DNA from: Patescibacteria group bacterium
GTDB lineage: Bacteria; Patescibacteriota; Microgenomatia; Daviesbacterales; UBA10151
Reading direction: 5' to 3'
NCBI GenBank assembly: GCA_023379125.1
Contig: JAMCSY010000004.1
Coordinates: 122,588 to 186,587 of the forward strand
Length of the DNA stretch: 64,000 nt
Below the pieces are notes generated by a model. The model had not been told where the DNA came from. It was given only the letters and a program-made list of their open reading frames with translations, and searched no databases. Positions 1-8,821 of this stretch are shown here, one piece after another (within the stretch, counting starts at the first letter, position 1; the number at the start of each line of letters is the position of its first letter). A program made the position numbers and the translations under genes.

Positions 1-1378
1 CGCCGGTTTTAGTATACTACTAGGTCAAAATTGTGTTGGTTATGAGATTAATCCTGACAATACCGTAACACCAAAGCTCTTCTCACAACTACCTAGCGGA
101 GGTGCGCTAGGTGGAGTCAACTCAGCTATGGTAGCCATGTATACCAATCCAGCTGCTTCAACGGGCTATTACTTAGCCTACGTAGGTAATAATCTTGGTT
201 TGGTCAAACCAGCTTATGCAGCAAATGCTAGTGGTATCCCTGGGCAAGGCAGCGATGTTTTATTCCCAGTGCTAAAGCTCTGGGTTTTATCACGAAATAT
301 TGCTTATGCAGCTTTCATCTTAATCTTTGTAATAGTTGGTTTTATGATTATGTTTAGACAAAAAATCAATCCCCAAACAGTTATCACTGCACAACAGGCC
401 CTACCAGGACTAGCGATTGGTTTAGTTTTAGTTACTTTTAGCTACCTAATTGCTTCTGTCTTAGTAGATTTGTCTTTTGTGGTCATGCAAGTCATTGCAG
501 CACTCTTTGACGCTGCTTCAGTAGGAATTACCAATGCTAGTGATCTGGCTCAGAATGGTAACGCGATTGCTATTTTTTGGTCATTTCTATGGTCTGGTGT
601 ACTTGGTAATATATTCACTGGTTTTGCCCAATTATTAACACCCTCACCCCAAGCAGCCCAATTCATTGGCAGCAACGCACTGGGATTTGGGCTTGGACCA
701 GTATTAAACACATTGCTACCAAACTTCACAGAATGGATTGGTACTGTAATTTCTCAAGGAACTGGTTATGTGATTGGTGGCATAGTCACAGTTATAGTAA
801 TAATCGCATTTCTAATACAGATGTTAAGACTTATTTGGGGATTAATTTCCGCCTATATTACTATTCTCGTAATGACTATTCTAGGTCCTGTTATAATTAT
901 GTTTTCTTCAATCCCTGGTAGAAGTGGTGTAATTTCTTTCTGGTGGAAAACAATCTTAGCTAATGTAATGATCTTTCCAGCAGTTTTTGCTGCCTTCCTT
1001 TTTGCTTCATCTATTGTTAGTCAGACGACTACTATCACCACAGCTTTACCGCTCATGGGTGGTTTACCTGCTGTTGGCTCAGTTGACCTACTTAAAGCTG
1101 TTTTAGGATTAGGTATTATGATGGGAACTCCTGCTATTCCTAACATGGTCAAGCAAGCCTTTGGGATTAAAGATGTTCAAGGATTGCCACAAGCAGCAGT
1201 TGCAGGATTCATGGGAGGAATTGCTGCTGGTAGAACAGGTTACGGAGGAATGATGCGTTCAACAGGCTTAGCTGAAGCTCAGGAAGGACTTTCCCGGCAA
1301 AGAATGAGCGATATAGGGACATCATTATCCGGATCTAGAAGAGAAACCATTCTACGCTGGCTGCCCAGGTCCCGCTAA
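1..1378 (+). CDS. Polytopic membrane protein, VirB6/TrbL-like component of a CPR T4SS-like cluster (5' partial)
   Basis: Frame is open from position 2 (AGFSILLGQNC...), so the start lies outside the window. Multiple TM helices; motifs W..SRNIAY..FILIFVIVGFMIMFR and LVTFSY.IA...VDL are typical of CPR VirB6-like proteins. Located near prgI/virB4. Confidence 0.6.
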   Translation, partial: AGFSILLGQNCVGYEINPDNTVTPKLFSQLPSGGALGGVNSAMVAMYTNPAASTGYYLAYVGNNLGLVKPAYAANASGIPGQGSDVLFPVLKLWVLSRNIAYAAFILIFVIVGFMIMFRQKINPQTVITAQQALPGLAIGLVLVTFSYLIASVLVDLSFVVMQVIAALFDAASVGITNASDLAQNGNAIAIFWSFLWSGVLGNIFTGFAQLLTPSPQAAQFIGSNALGFGLGPVLNTLLPNFTEWIGTVISQGTGYVIGGIVTVIVIIAFLIQMLRLIWGLISAYITILVMTILGPVIIMFSSIPGRSGVISFWWKTILANVMIFPAVFAAFLFASSIVSQTTTITTALPLMGGLPAVGSVDLLKAVLGLGIMMGTPAIPNMVKQAFGIKDVQGLPQAAVAGFMGGIAAGRTGYGGMMRSTGLAEAQEGLSRQRMSDIGTSLSGSRRETILRWLPRSR

Positions 1379-1441
1379 GTAAAAAATCAGAGAAGTCTTC
1401 TTTAGGATTTAATGCAGTCAGATAAATCTTAGTTGCTTGCC

Positions 1442-3163
1442 TTATTTTAACTTAAGACTTTCTTGCATAATACCTTTAATGAGATTAAGAATAAACGAGA
1501 TAGCTCCTCCGATTGTGCGCCTAGTGTTTATATAAAAATCTGGGCTGATTGATCCTGGAAATCCCAGAACTTTCTTTAGTACATTTTCACGATCACTCGG
1601 GTTGATAAAGGGAGCTCTTTTTTCATCGGATAAGCCTGTTAAGTTGTTAGCCATCGCTACAATTTCCGTAAAACCATACAGACGCTTACCTGTTTCCGTT
1701 TTTCTAGCTGACTTAGCATATTCAATAAAATTAACAAATAACTGTCTTTTTGTTTCCCACTGTTTTTCACTTAAGTAAGAAAAGGTATCTATCAAAGCAT
1801 ATAAGGAATCTGGAGTTGGGTTTCTTAAAAAAGCATCACTTTTACCATACATCGCATCCCTGGCAGCATCAGGTTGAGCCAGTTTTCTGTAGGCCCAAAG
1901 TCCTGCCGGAGGCTCATTACCGATATTAGCAAAATTTTTATTTGCCCAAAAAGAAGCATCTTTGGGAGCAGTTCCATCATGCAAAAACTCTAATTCAGTA
2001 CTACCATTATCTAAAGTTCTTAGTTTGATGAGACCATCTGGATGATCTTTTTTATCATATCCAAACTCGCTGGATCCTGCCAGATCTGTAAGCCAATCTA
2101 CTGCCCCAAGATTAATACCTTTCATTAACCTAATTATAGGCCTGTTAGACTCTGCTTGGGTCAATAAGAAATCGTTAAATTTCAGAATCCTCCTCATCGT
2201 CCAATCTCCTCCACTCATATCACCTGTAAACTCATATTTATTCTTTTTCTCGTTATAGACTGCTTTATCATGAGATGACATTCTTCCACTGAGACGCCAA
2301 AACCGTTCTGCTAGGTTTTGTATCCATGCGTAATCAGTAGCATGATCACTAGCCCAAGCTTTTCTATCTTCTTTTTCATGATGTCCACCGAAAGCATCAG
2401 CTAATTCGTACTGTATCCTTGCTCGGACGGCATTTTTTGCGGTCCCCCCAGTTTGAATGTATTCTTCGGCGTGTTGCTCATAAAGGTTTAGGGCCTTAAT
2501 AAAACCTGGTAATTGGAAAAGAGTATCCAAATATTCTGAATTAAGCCTGCCAAAGGCTGTTTGGATAGTTTTTACATCAAGCGCAGTCTCGTATTCTAAA
2601 AACGATTGGTGAAAAGTAAAACGTGCAATATATTCTTCGTATAATTTTCTTCCTATATCGCGATTTGGGTCTTCCTTATCAGAATGTTTGGCAATATAAT
2701 CTGGGCTATATAACCCAGAGATCATTAGGCCAATTCTTTCAAACTCTTGTTGTAAACCAGGACCTCCACCAGCAGTTCTAGTTTGCTCCACTTTTGCCAA
2801 CACACTCCGAAGCATATTTATTTTATCTTGCGCCTCAGCTGGAACCATAATTACTCGTGGTCCAAGTTGTGTTTCAACCACCAGTCTTTCCATTCCCGGT
2901 GGCATTGTCCCCTCATCTCCTCTTCTTGGAGGCTCACCAACTGCCGAACTTGTTTCTCCACCAGCTTTAATCTTTTCTCCACGGGCTATCCTTGCCAATT
3001 CATCAGAAATCCTTGCAATCGTTTCTGCTTCATCGACACGAATGCGATGTGTTTTTTCTGGATAATGGTGTACTCTACCATGAGTCTCAATCACTCTAGC
3101 ACGAGCTGTTGGTGTGGGTATTTCTGGACGTGAACTTCCTTCTGGCATGAATTCTGCACTCAT
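1442..3163 (-). CDS. Hypothetical protein, 573 aa
   Basis: Long ORF preceded by purine-rich AAAGGGAA; no recognisable domain; amphipathic C-terminal helix. Confidence 0.8.
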   Translation of the reverse strand: MSAEFMPEGSSRPEIPTPTARARVIETHGRVHHYPEKTHRIRVDEAETIARISDELARIARGEKIKAGGETSSAVGEPPRRGDEGTMPPGMERLVVETQLGPRVIMVPAEAQDKINMLRSVLAKVEQTRTAGGGPGLQQEFERIGLMISGLYSPDYIAKHSDKEDPNRDIGRKLYEEYIARFTFHQSFLEYETALDVKTIQTAFGRLNSEYLDTLFQLPGFIKALNLYEQHAEEYIQTGGTAKNAVRARIQYELADAFGGHHEKEDRKAWASDHATDYAWIQNLAERFWRLSGRMSSHDKAVYNEKKNKYEFTGDMSGGDWTMRRILKFNDFLLTQAESNRPIIRLMKGINLGAVDWLTDLAGSSEFGYDKKDHPDGLIKLRTLDNGSTELEFLHDGTAPKDASFWANKNFANIGNEPPAGLWAYRKLAQPDAARDAMYGKSDAFLRNPTPDSLYALIDTFSYLSEKQWETKRQLFVNFIEYAKSARKTETGKRLYGFTEIVAMANNLTGLSDEKRAPFINPSDRENVLKKVLGFPGSISPDFYINTRRTIGGAISFILNLIKGIMQESLKLK

Positions 3164-3195
3164 AAGTTCCCTTTCTTTAATTCAAATAACCGAGT

Positions 3196-3224
3196 ATTGT
3201 ACCACTATAGGAAACTTATTGCAA
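3196..3224 (-). promoter_or_regulatory. Sigma70-type promoter for the 573-aa gene
   Basis: Minus strand TTGCAA (3224-3219), 17-nt spacer, TACAAT (3201-3196), with TG extension. Confidence 0.6.
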
Positions 3225-3263
3225 CTCTTAGTGTAGCTTGCTACAAGCTTGTCTGTCAAACTT

Positions 3264-4127
3264 TTAGTCACACTTTTGGAAATCCTCTTTTCTAGCCCCA
3301 CAATGTGGACAGATAGTAACTCCTTTTCCTTTAGGAATAGGTTTACCACAAAGCTTATTAGGGCAATTAAAGTATTGTTTTGAGTGCTCACTCATATAAG
3401 CAAAGGCTGTCCAATTAACCGGGCAACTGGGAGCATTCTCACCCACAGCACCTATCATCGCTAAATGATCGATAAGTAATTCTGTATCCACCTTGCCATA
3501 CATAGTTACTAACTGATCATAATAATCCTGAATTTGTCCCAAAGCTTCTTCTTTAACTTTAATATCCTTACTACTCCTGATCACTGACAAGTCCAAATTA
3601 TCAACTAGTTCCTCAAGTAAATATGTCCAATTTAAGCCTTGGGTTTTTAGTACCAATGGTGTTGCTCTAACTTGATCTAGAGATGATAAAAAGGGTCGAT
3701 CTTCACTAAATTGGGCCAAATCTCGAGCAAACTGCAAACTGTCTTGTTCATCAAGATCAAGCATAATTGCTCGATTATAGAGATACTTAATCCCTGATTG
3801 TTGGTCTAAATTACTAACTATTATTTTGGAAGCTGGGTAAATTCCTGCAGCTGGTGGACTGACCCAAGCAATAACTCCCTGCTGATGATCACTAACCCAA
3901 TCTTCAATTAAATCAAAGACCTGCCCTTCTAATTGACCAACCAAAGAAGTTCTATCAACCTGTTTTTTAATACCAACCCCTGTTTTTGGAGAAAACAGTT
4001 TCCCCTCGGGTGTTGCCACAAAATAATAAAAATCAGGAATTCTTCTTGTTTCAAAGACGTATGAGGAAGCTTCCCAGGCTGCTTGTGTTAGTGAAGGGGT
4101 TTTTTGATCTACTTGAGTTTCTAACAT
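3264..4127 (-). CDS. Hypothetical protein with C-terminal zinc-ribbon-like motif, downstream of a cobalamin riboswitch
   Basis: 287-aa ORF; SD AGGAG 4 nt before ATG; WVSPP motif; C-terminus SCP...CPNKLCG...CPHCG...KCD. Confidence 0.85.
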   Translation of the reverse strand: MLETQVDQKTPSLTQAAWEASSYVFETRRIPDFYYFVATPEGKLFSPKTGVGIKKQVDRTSLVGQLEGQVFDLIEDWVSDHQQGVIAWVSPPAAGIYPASKIIVSNLDQQSGIKYLYNRAIMLDLDEQDSLQFARDLAQFSEDRPFLSSLDQVRATPLVLKTQGLNWTYLLEELVDNLDLSVIRSSKDIKVKEEALGQIQDYYDQLVTMYGKVDTELLIDHLAMIGAVGENAPSCPVNWTAFAYMSEHSKQYFNCPNKLCGKPIPKGKGVTICPHCGARKEDFQKCD

Positions 4128-4282
4128 ATTGCTCCTGCTACGGGAAAAACCATCCTTGGATGGTGCGGTCGGTCTCCTGGCTTACCTTTTGCAAAAAAAG
4201 GATTACAGTTGCGGCACAGCTTCTGACTTACACAGAATTCCCTTTTGTGCTTTGCTTCAAAAACTGAAGTAGCACACCGCTT
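4128..4282 (-). ncRNA. Cobalamin (B12) riboswitch, compact class-II-like aptamer plus expression platform
   Basis: Minus strand reads GCGGT-gtgct...agcac-aaaAGGGAA-ttctg-tgtaagt-cagaa-gctgtgcc-GCAACTGTAA-short hairpin-AAGCCAGGAGACC-g-ACCGC. These are the hallmark cobalamin riboswitch motifs and B12 box; GCGGT (4280-4276) pairs with ACCGC (4169-4165). Confidence 0.9.
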
Positions 4283-4287
4283 AATCC

Positions 4288-4317
4288 ACGCTATCAAAGA
4301 TTAATTCTTGATGTCAA
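4288..4317 (-). promoter_or_regulatory. Promoter driving the riboswitch leader
   Basis: TTGACA (4317-4312), 18-nt spacer, TGn-TAGCGT (4293-4288); the predicted TSS near 4281 coincides with the aptamer 5' end. Confidence 0.65.
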
Positions 4318-4598
4318 GACTTAAACCATTTGAGCGAGTTAATACCAAAAATACATTGATCAGTTATAAATTGCTGTTGATAAGTTCTCAAATGATCCTT
4401 TTTGAGGCCCTAGACAAGTGTTTTTTCACGCAATAGCATGAAGAATGATTTCCAACCTTTTGACCAAAGAACAAGACCACTCTCTCACCAGAGAAGCTTT
4501 GTGTTATCTAAATAATACTGATATAATGCTTTGATTTTGCTAACAAATATAAAAATCTAACAAGAAAGGTTAATCAATTTAGGCTATAGTAAAAATAT

Positions 4599-6029
4599 AT
4601 GGAGCCTCATCCAGTACCACAAAACATAACTTCCTTTGAATTTCATTTAGTTGGGGATATGACACTCAAGCAATTTGGCTATCTAGCTACTGGTTTAGGT
4701 ATTGCTTATTTAATTTTTGTCTTACTTTTTAATACAATACCACTTTTAGCAATCACCCTCATTGCTATTTCGGCAGGTTCTGGGTTTGCTTTTGCCTTTC
4801 TGCCTCTTTATGATCGCCCACTATCACACTGGGTCTCAGCTTATTTTCGAGCTATTTATTCTCCCACTAAACGCTATTGGCAAAACCCTTTAAGTCCCAA
4901 CAGCACAGTTTCTGCTGATGATCCAGCTTTTAGAAATAGACTCAAAGACTTTTTAAGTACAATCGTTTCAGCTGAGCCACAGGCACCAACTCCAACCTCT
5001 GCTGAAAACCTAATTATTCAAAATCAACCATCACCAACTCCAGCAAGCCCCAGCACTAATAAGCCTGTAACTCTAGCAGATCAAAACTCAATACCATCTA
5101 ACTCGCAAATAGAGCAACCTCAACCTACGAGCAACTCCTCTCAAGCTTCTTCTATCACAGCTCAAAACAACCAAGAGCCAGTTGTTTCTTTTTCACCTAC
5201 TAACTCCACTCCGAATAACCCAACAGCTGTTAATACTTCCCCATCTCCCCAGCCAATCACCAGCCCCTATTTTGCCTCCACCCAACCCACTCAGCAAACA
5301 ACTTTTAATCAGGTAACCACCACACAGCAGACAATACCTATGATTGGAGTTACTAATCCAGCACCTATAACTCCTCTGCCAGTTGTTCATCCCCCTGCTC
5401 CACCGAGCTCTACTCCCCCATCTCCTCAAGACATGCCCAGGCCAGAAGAGCTAACCGAGCTTGTCAAACTAGCTCAGGAGGCACGTTCTGTACAATCCAA
5501 AGTAGCAGAAACTCAACGGCGGATTAATGAAATCAAAGCTTCAATCTCCACCCAGGGTAGTCAAAGTGCTGATTATACCGAACAGGCTCAGCAAATGTTC
5601 TCTAACCTGCAAAACTTAATCAAAGAAACTGAGGACCTGTCGACTAAAACCTCACAAATTGTTAAAACTAGTCCAAAAGCTAAGGCGCCAAAGGTCGTAG
5701 TTGTTCAACCCACCAAGCGCACACCAACTCAAGTTTTACTAACCTCAACCCCTAATGTGATCAATGGCATCGTAACAGATCCCGAGGGTAACTACTTAGA
5801 TGGCGTCATTGCCATTATCCATAACAAAGATAATTTACCTGTTAGAGCTTTAAAGACTAATAAGTTAGGCCAGTTTGCAGGCGCTACTCCTCTACCTTCC
5901 GGAGTCTATACCTTAACTCTAGAAAAAGACAATTTGGAGTTTGATTCCATTCAAATTACTTTAAACGGTGAGGTTTTGCCACCAATTAATATCTCAGCCA
6001 AGAGAGGAGTGACAGTTTTAAATGATTAA
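4599..6029 (+). CDS. PrgI-family membrane protein with P/T/S/Q-rich linker, coiled coil and C-terminal carboxypeptidase-regulatory-like (beta-sandwich) domain
   Basis: N-terminus H.VPQNI..FEF.LVG.MTLKQF with 2 TMs and DRPL..W (PrgI); C-terminus NGIVTD..G..L.G.I...RALKTNKLGQF. Confidence 0.8.
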   Translation: MEPHPVPQNITSFEFHLVGDMTLKQFGYLATGLGIAYLIFVLLFNTIPLLAITLIAISAGSGFAFAFLPLYDRPLSHWVSAYFRAIYSPTKRYWQNPLSPNSTVSADDPAFRNRLKDFLSTIVSAEPQAPTPTSAENLIIQNQPSPTPASPSTNKPVTLADQNSIPSNSQIEQPQPTSNSSQASSITAQNNQEPVVSFSPTNSTPNNPTAVNTSPSPQPITSPYFASTQPTQQTTFNQVTTTQQTIPMIGVTNPAPITPLPVVHPPAPPSSTPPSPQDMPRPEELTELVKLAQEARSVQSKVAETQRRINEIKASISTQGSQSADYTEQAQQMFSNLQNLIKETEDLSTKTSQIVKTSPKAKAPKVVVVQPTKRTPTQVLLTSTPNVINGIVTDPEGNYLDGVIAIIHNKDNLPVRALKTNKLGQFAGATPLPSGVYTLTLEKDNLEFDSIQITLNGEVLPPINISAKRGVTVLND

Positions 6030-7047
6030 TAGCACTCAAGACCATATCCCTATCGAAGATATCGTTAACAATTTGGTTTTTCTCAAAGATGGTAGTGTTG
6101 CTCTTGTCATTACTACTTCCGCAGTGAACTTTGGTCTACTTTTTGAAACAGAACAAATAGCCATCATAGATGCATTTGCTGGTTTTCTTAATTCTCTATC
6201 CTTTCCTATTCAAGTTACTATTATTTCCCGTCGATTAGATGTTTCCTCGTATCTGGATACCATCGATCGTGCAAGGGCCAGGCAAAAAAATCAAGCTTTG
6301 TTAGCCATGACTGATCATTACCGACAATTTGTGGAAAGTCTAATTAAAGAGAAGAATGTCTTAGAGAAAAAATTTTATGTTACTTTAAATGTTAGCGGTC
6401 CAGAGTTAGGCTTTTTTAAGCGCAGCACCCTCGATCGCTCCCGTAAAGCAATTACTGTACTTAATCCCCGTAAAGACCATGTTCTTCGACAACTCTCGCG
6501 AATCGGCCTTAAAGCTCGACAGTTGTCAACGGAAGAGCTCGTTAAGCTTTATTATGATATTTATAATCCTGAATACAGCGAAAGCGAGATTGCTGTGGCA
6601 GGCTCAGAAGAAGAATCAGCTGAGACTGAACCTACTTCTGAGAACAAACAACCAGGCGCACCAGTTTCACTTTCTGGAATCCTACAATCACTAGTTTCTC
6701 CTCAAAAACAATCAAGCAACCAAGAACTTACTCCTCCCCAGGAAACAGTTGTTCCTAGTCCAGCCACAACAACCCAGGCAAAACCAGAAATATTTACCAC
6801 CCAAAACACAGCTGAGGAAACTCCTCCAACTCAACCCTTGACAGAGCCAATTGCTCCTGCTGAACCTATTACTCCTTCAGTAACCCCACAACCGCAATTA
6901 GCTCAACCTAGTGCCTTACATCCCTTGTTTTTTGATGCCACCCCCCAAACCTCAACTGTGCAACCTACTCAACCTAGCCAAGCCAACCCTAGTAACACTA
7001 ACACACCATTTGTAGTTGAGGAGCTACCAGAAAATGGCCAACAATAA
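6022..7047 (+). CDS. T4SS-associated protein resembling the VirB4/TraC N-terminal region, with Pro/Thr/Gln-rich tail
   Basis: STQ.H.PI.DI...LV.LKDG...VNF.LL...EQ.AII..F..FLNSL.FPIQ motif; overlaps both prgI and virB4. Confidence 0.7.
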   Translation: MINSTQDHIPIEDIVNNLVFLKDGSVALVITTSAVNFGLLFETEQIAIIDAFAGFLNSLSFPIQVTIISRRLDVSSYLDTIDRARARQKNQALLAMTDHYRQFVESLIKEKNVLEKKFYVTLNVSGPELGFFKRSTLDRSRKAITVLNPRKDHVLRQLSRIGLKARQLSTEELVKLYYDIYNPEYSESEIAVAGSEEESAETEPTSENKQPGAPVSLSGILQSLVSPQKQSSNQELTPPQETVVPSPATTTQAKPEIFTTQNTAEETPPTQPLTEPIAPAEPITPSVTPQPQLAQPSALHPLFFDATPQTSTVQPTQPSQANPSNTNTPFVVEELPENGQQ

Positions 7048-8767
7048 CCAAATCATCAAAATTCAAGATGTCATCGCCCCAAACAGCCTTGAGGTCGATT
7101 TCACTTACGTTCGCATTAATAAATATCTATATCGAACTTTTTTTGTGGCCGGTTACCCCCGTTTTGTTGAGCCAAATTGGTTAGAGCCACTGGTCTCTTT
7201 CGAGCACTCATTGTTAGTTTCTATGTTTATTTATCCCACTGCTTCCTCTGGAACACTCGAGGATCTTAAAAGAAAGATTGCCGAGATGGAGGCTACCATC
7301 CAAACAGATATTGAAAGAGGACGTGTTGTTGATCCATCAGTAGCTGTTGCTTTAGACGATGCTCGCGAACTACAAGAACAACTTGCTAAGGGAGCTGAGA
7401 GATTTTTCCAGTTTGGTTTATATCTTACAGTTCCTTCAATTGATGTCCAAGAACTAGACAATAGCTCTCAAGTCGTGGAATCTACTCTGGGGAGTATTTC
7501 AATCACTGCACATCCCAGTTCTCTGGAAATGGAAGATGGATTCATCACTACCATGCCTTTAGGTAGAGATAATCTCTATCTAACCCATAACATGGATACC
7601 ACTTCACTGGCTACCACTTTTCCCTTTACTTCATCTGAGCTAACTGCTCCTGAGGGAGTAGTATATGGAATCAATGAGCACAATGATTCCCTGATTATCT
7701 TTGACCGTTTCAGTCAAGAAAATGCTAATTCGGTAGTCTTGGCTACTTCTGGTGCTGGAAAATCGTATATGGTTAAACTAGAAACACTTCGGGCTTTAAT
7801 TCTCGGAGCAGAAGTAATCATTATTGACCCCGAAAAAGAATATGAAGAACTGGCTAAGGCAGTTGGTGGTAGCTATATTAACTTTTCCACCTCTTCTCCA
7901 GTTAAACTTAATCCTTTTGATCTACCAGAGGTCAGCGAGGCTGGAGAAAACGAGCTAGGGAGAAAAATCCTTTCCTTAACTGCTTTTTTGAAGCTAGTTT
8001 TAGGTGATTTAACAGCTCAGGAATCAGCTATTTTAGACCGCGCTTTAAATACCACCTACCGCCTGAAAGGAATCACCCAGGATCCCAAAACCCAGACTGA
8101 TCCTAATATTAAACCTCCGCTGATGGAGGATTTATATAAAGTGCTAATTGGCATGGAAGATCAAGTGTCTTCTGAGTTGGCTATTAGACTAGAACGGTTT
8201 ATTAAAGGTTCCTTAACTGGAATTTTCTCTTCTTATTCTAATCTGAAAATTAATAATCAGTTCACTGTCTTTACAGTCAGAGAGCTACCTGATCAACTAA
8301 GACCACTCGCGATGCATCTGATCCTGGATTATATTTGGACCAAAATCAGAGGTGATTTAAAAAAACGATTACTTGTTGTTGATGAAGCTTGGTATATGAT
8401 GCGTTATCCAGATTCTGCTAACTTTTTGGTAGAGATGGTCAAACGGGCGAGAAAATACTATTTAGGCGTAACAACTATTTCCCAAGACGTAGAAGATTTT
8501 ATTGGTCAAGATAGAGGTAAGGAGATTGTTTCTAACTCAGCTATGCAAGTCTTACTAAAACAAGCCCCTGCTTCAATTGAAACCATTGGTAAGGTTTTTA
8601 ATCTGTCTTACGGAGAAAAGAGACTGCTACTTTCAGCTGGAGTTGGTCAAGGGATTTTCTTCGCTGGTAATACTCATGTAGCAATGAGAGTTGTGGCATC
8701 TGAAGAAGAGCACCAACTAATTACTAGTAATCCACAAGAAATCCTCGCCAGAAGAGGTCCTGTTTAG
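7034..8767 (+). CDS. VirB4/TrsE-family T4SS ATPase
   Basis: Walker A ATSGAGKS, IIIDPEKEY, Walker B LVVDEAW, RARKY, SQD motifs; likely start ATG 7034. Confidence 0.9.
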   Translation: MANNNQIIKIQDVIAPNSLEVDFTYVRINKYLYRTFFVAGYPRFVEPNWLEPLVSFEHSLLVSMFIYPTASSGTLEDLKRKIAEMEATIQTDIERGRVVDPSVAVALDDARELQEQLAKGAERFFQFGLYLTVPSIDVQELDNSSQVVESTLGSISITAHPSSLEMEDGFITTMPLGRDNLYLTHNMDTTSLATTFPFTSSELTAPEGVVYGINEHNDSLIIFDRFSQENANSVVLATSGAGKSYMVKLETLRALILGAEVIIIDPEKEYEELAKAVGGSYINFSTSSPVKLNPFDLPEVSEAGENELGRKILSLTAFLKLVLGDLTAQESAILDRALNTTYRLKGITQDPKTQTDPNIKPPLMEDLYKVLIGMEDQVSSELAIRLERFIKGSLTGIFSSYSNLKINNQFTVFTVRELPDQLRPLAMHLILDYIWTKIRGDLKKRLLVVDEAWYMMRYPDSANFLVEMVKRARKYYLGVTTISQDVEDFIGQDRGKEIVSNSAMQVLLKQAPASIETIGKVFNLSYGEKRLLLSAGVGQGIFFAGNTHVAMRVVASEEEHQLITSNPQEILARRGPV

Positions 8768-8821
8768 GGTAGCTGGTAACTATTTTAAAATTATGGCAAG
8801 ATGTAAATATAGTGCGCTACC

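Noticed and set aside
4145-4164. Hairpin ACCATCC/GGATGGT plus T-run as a stand-alone terminator
   Set aside because: Only a 2-nt loop as drawn and a short U-tract. Treated as part of the riboswitch platform; termination versus SD sequestration cannot be decided from sequence alone.
3986-4267. 93-aa plus-strand ORF
   Set aside because: Antisense to the cobalamin riboswitch and the 5' end of the regulated gene; no protein-like motifs.
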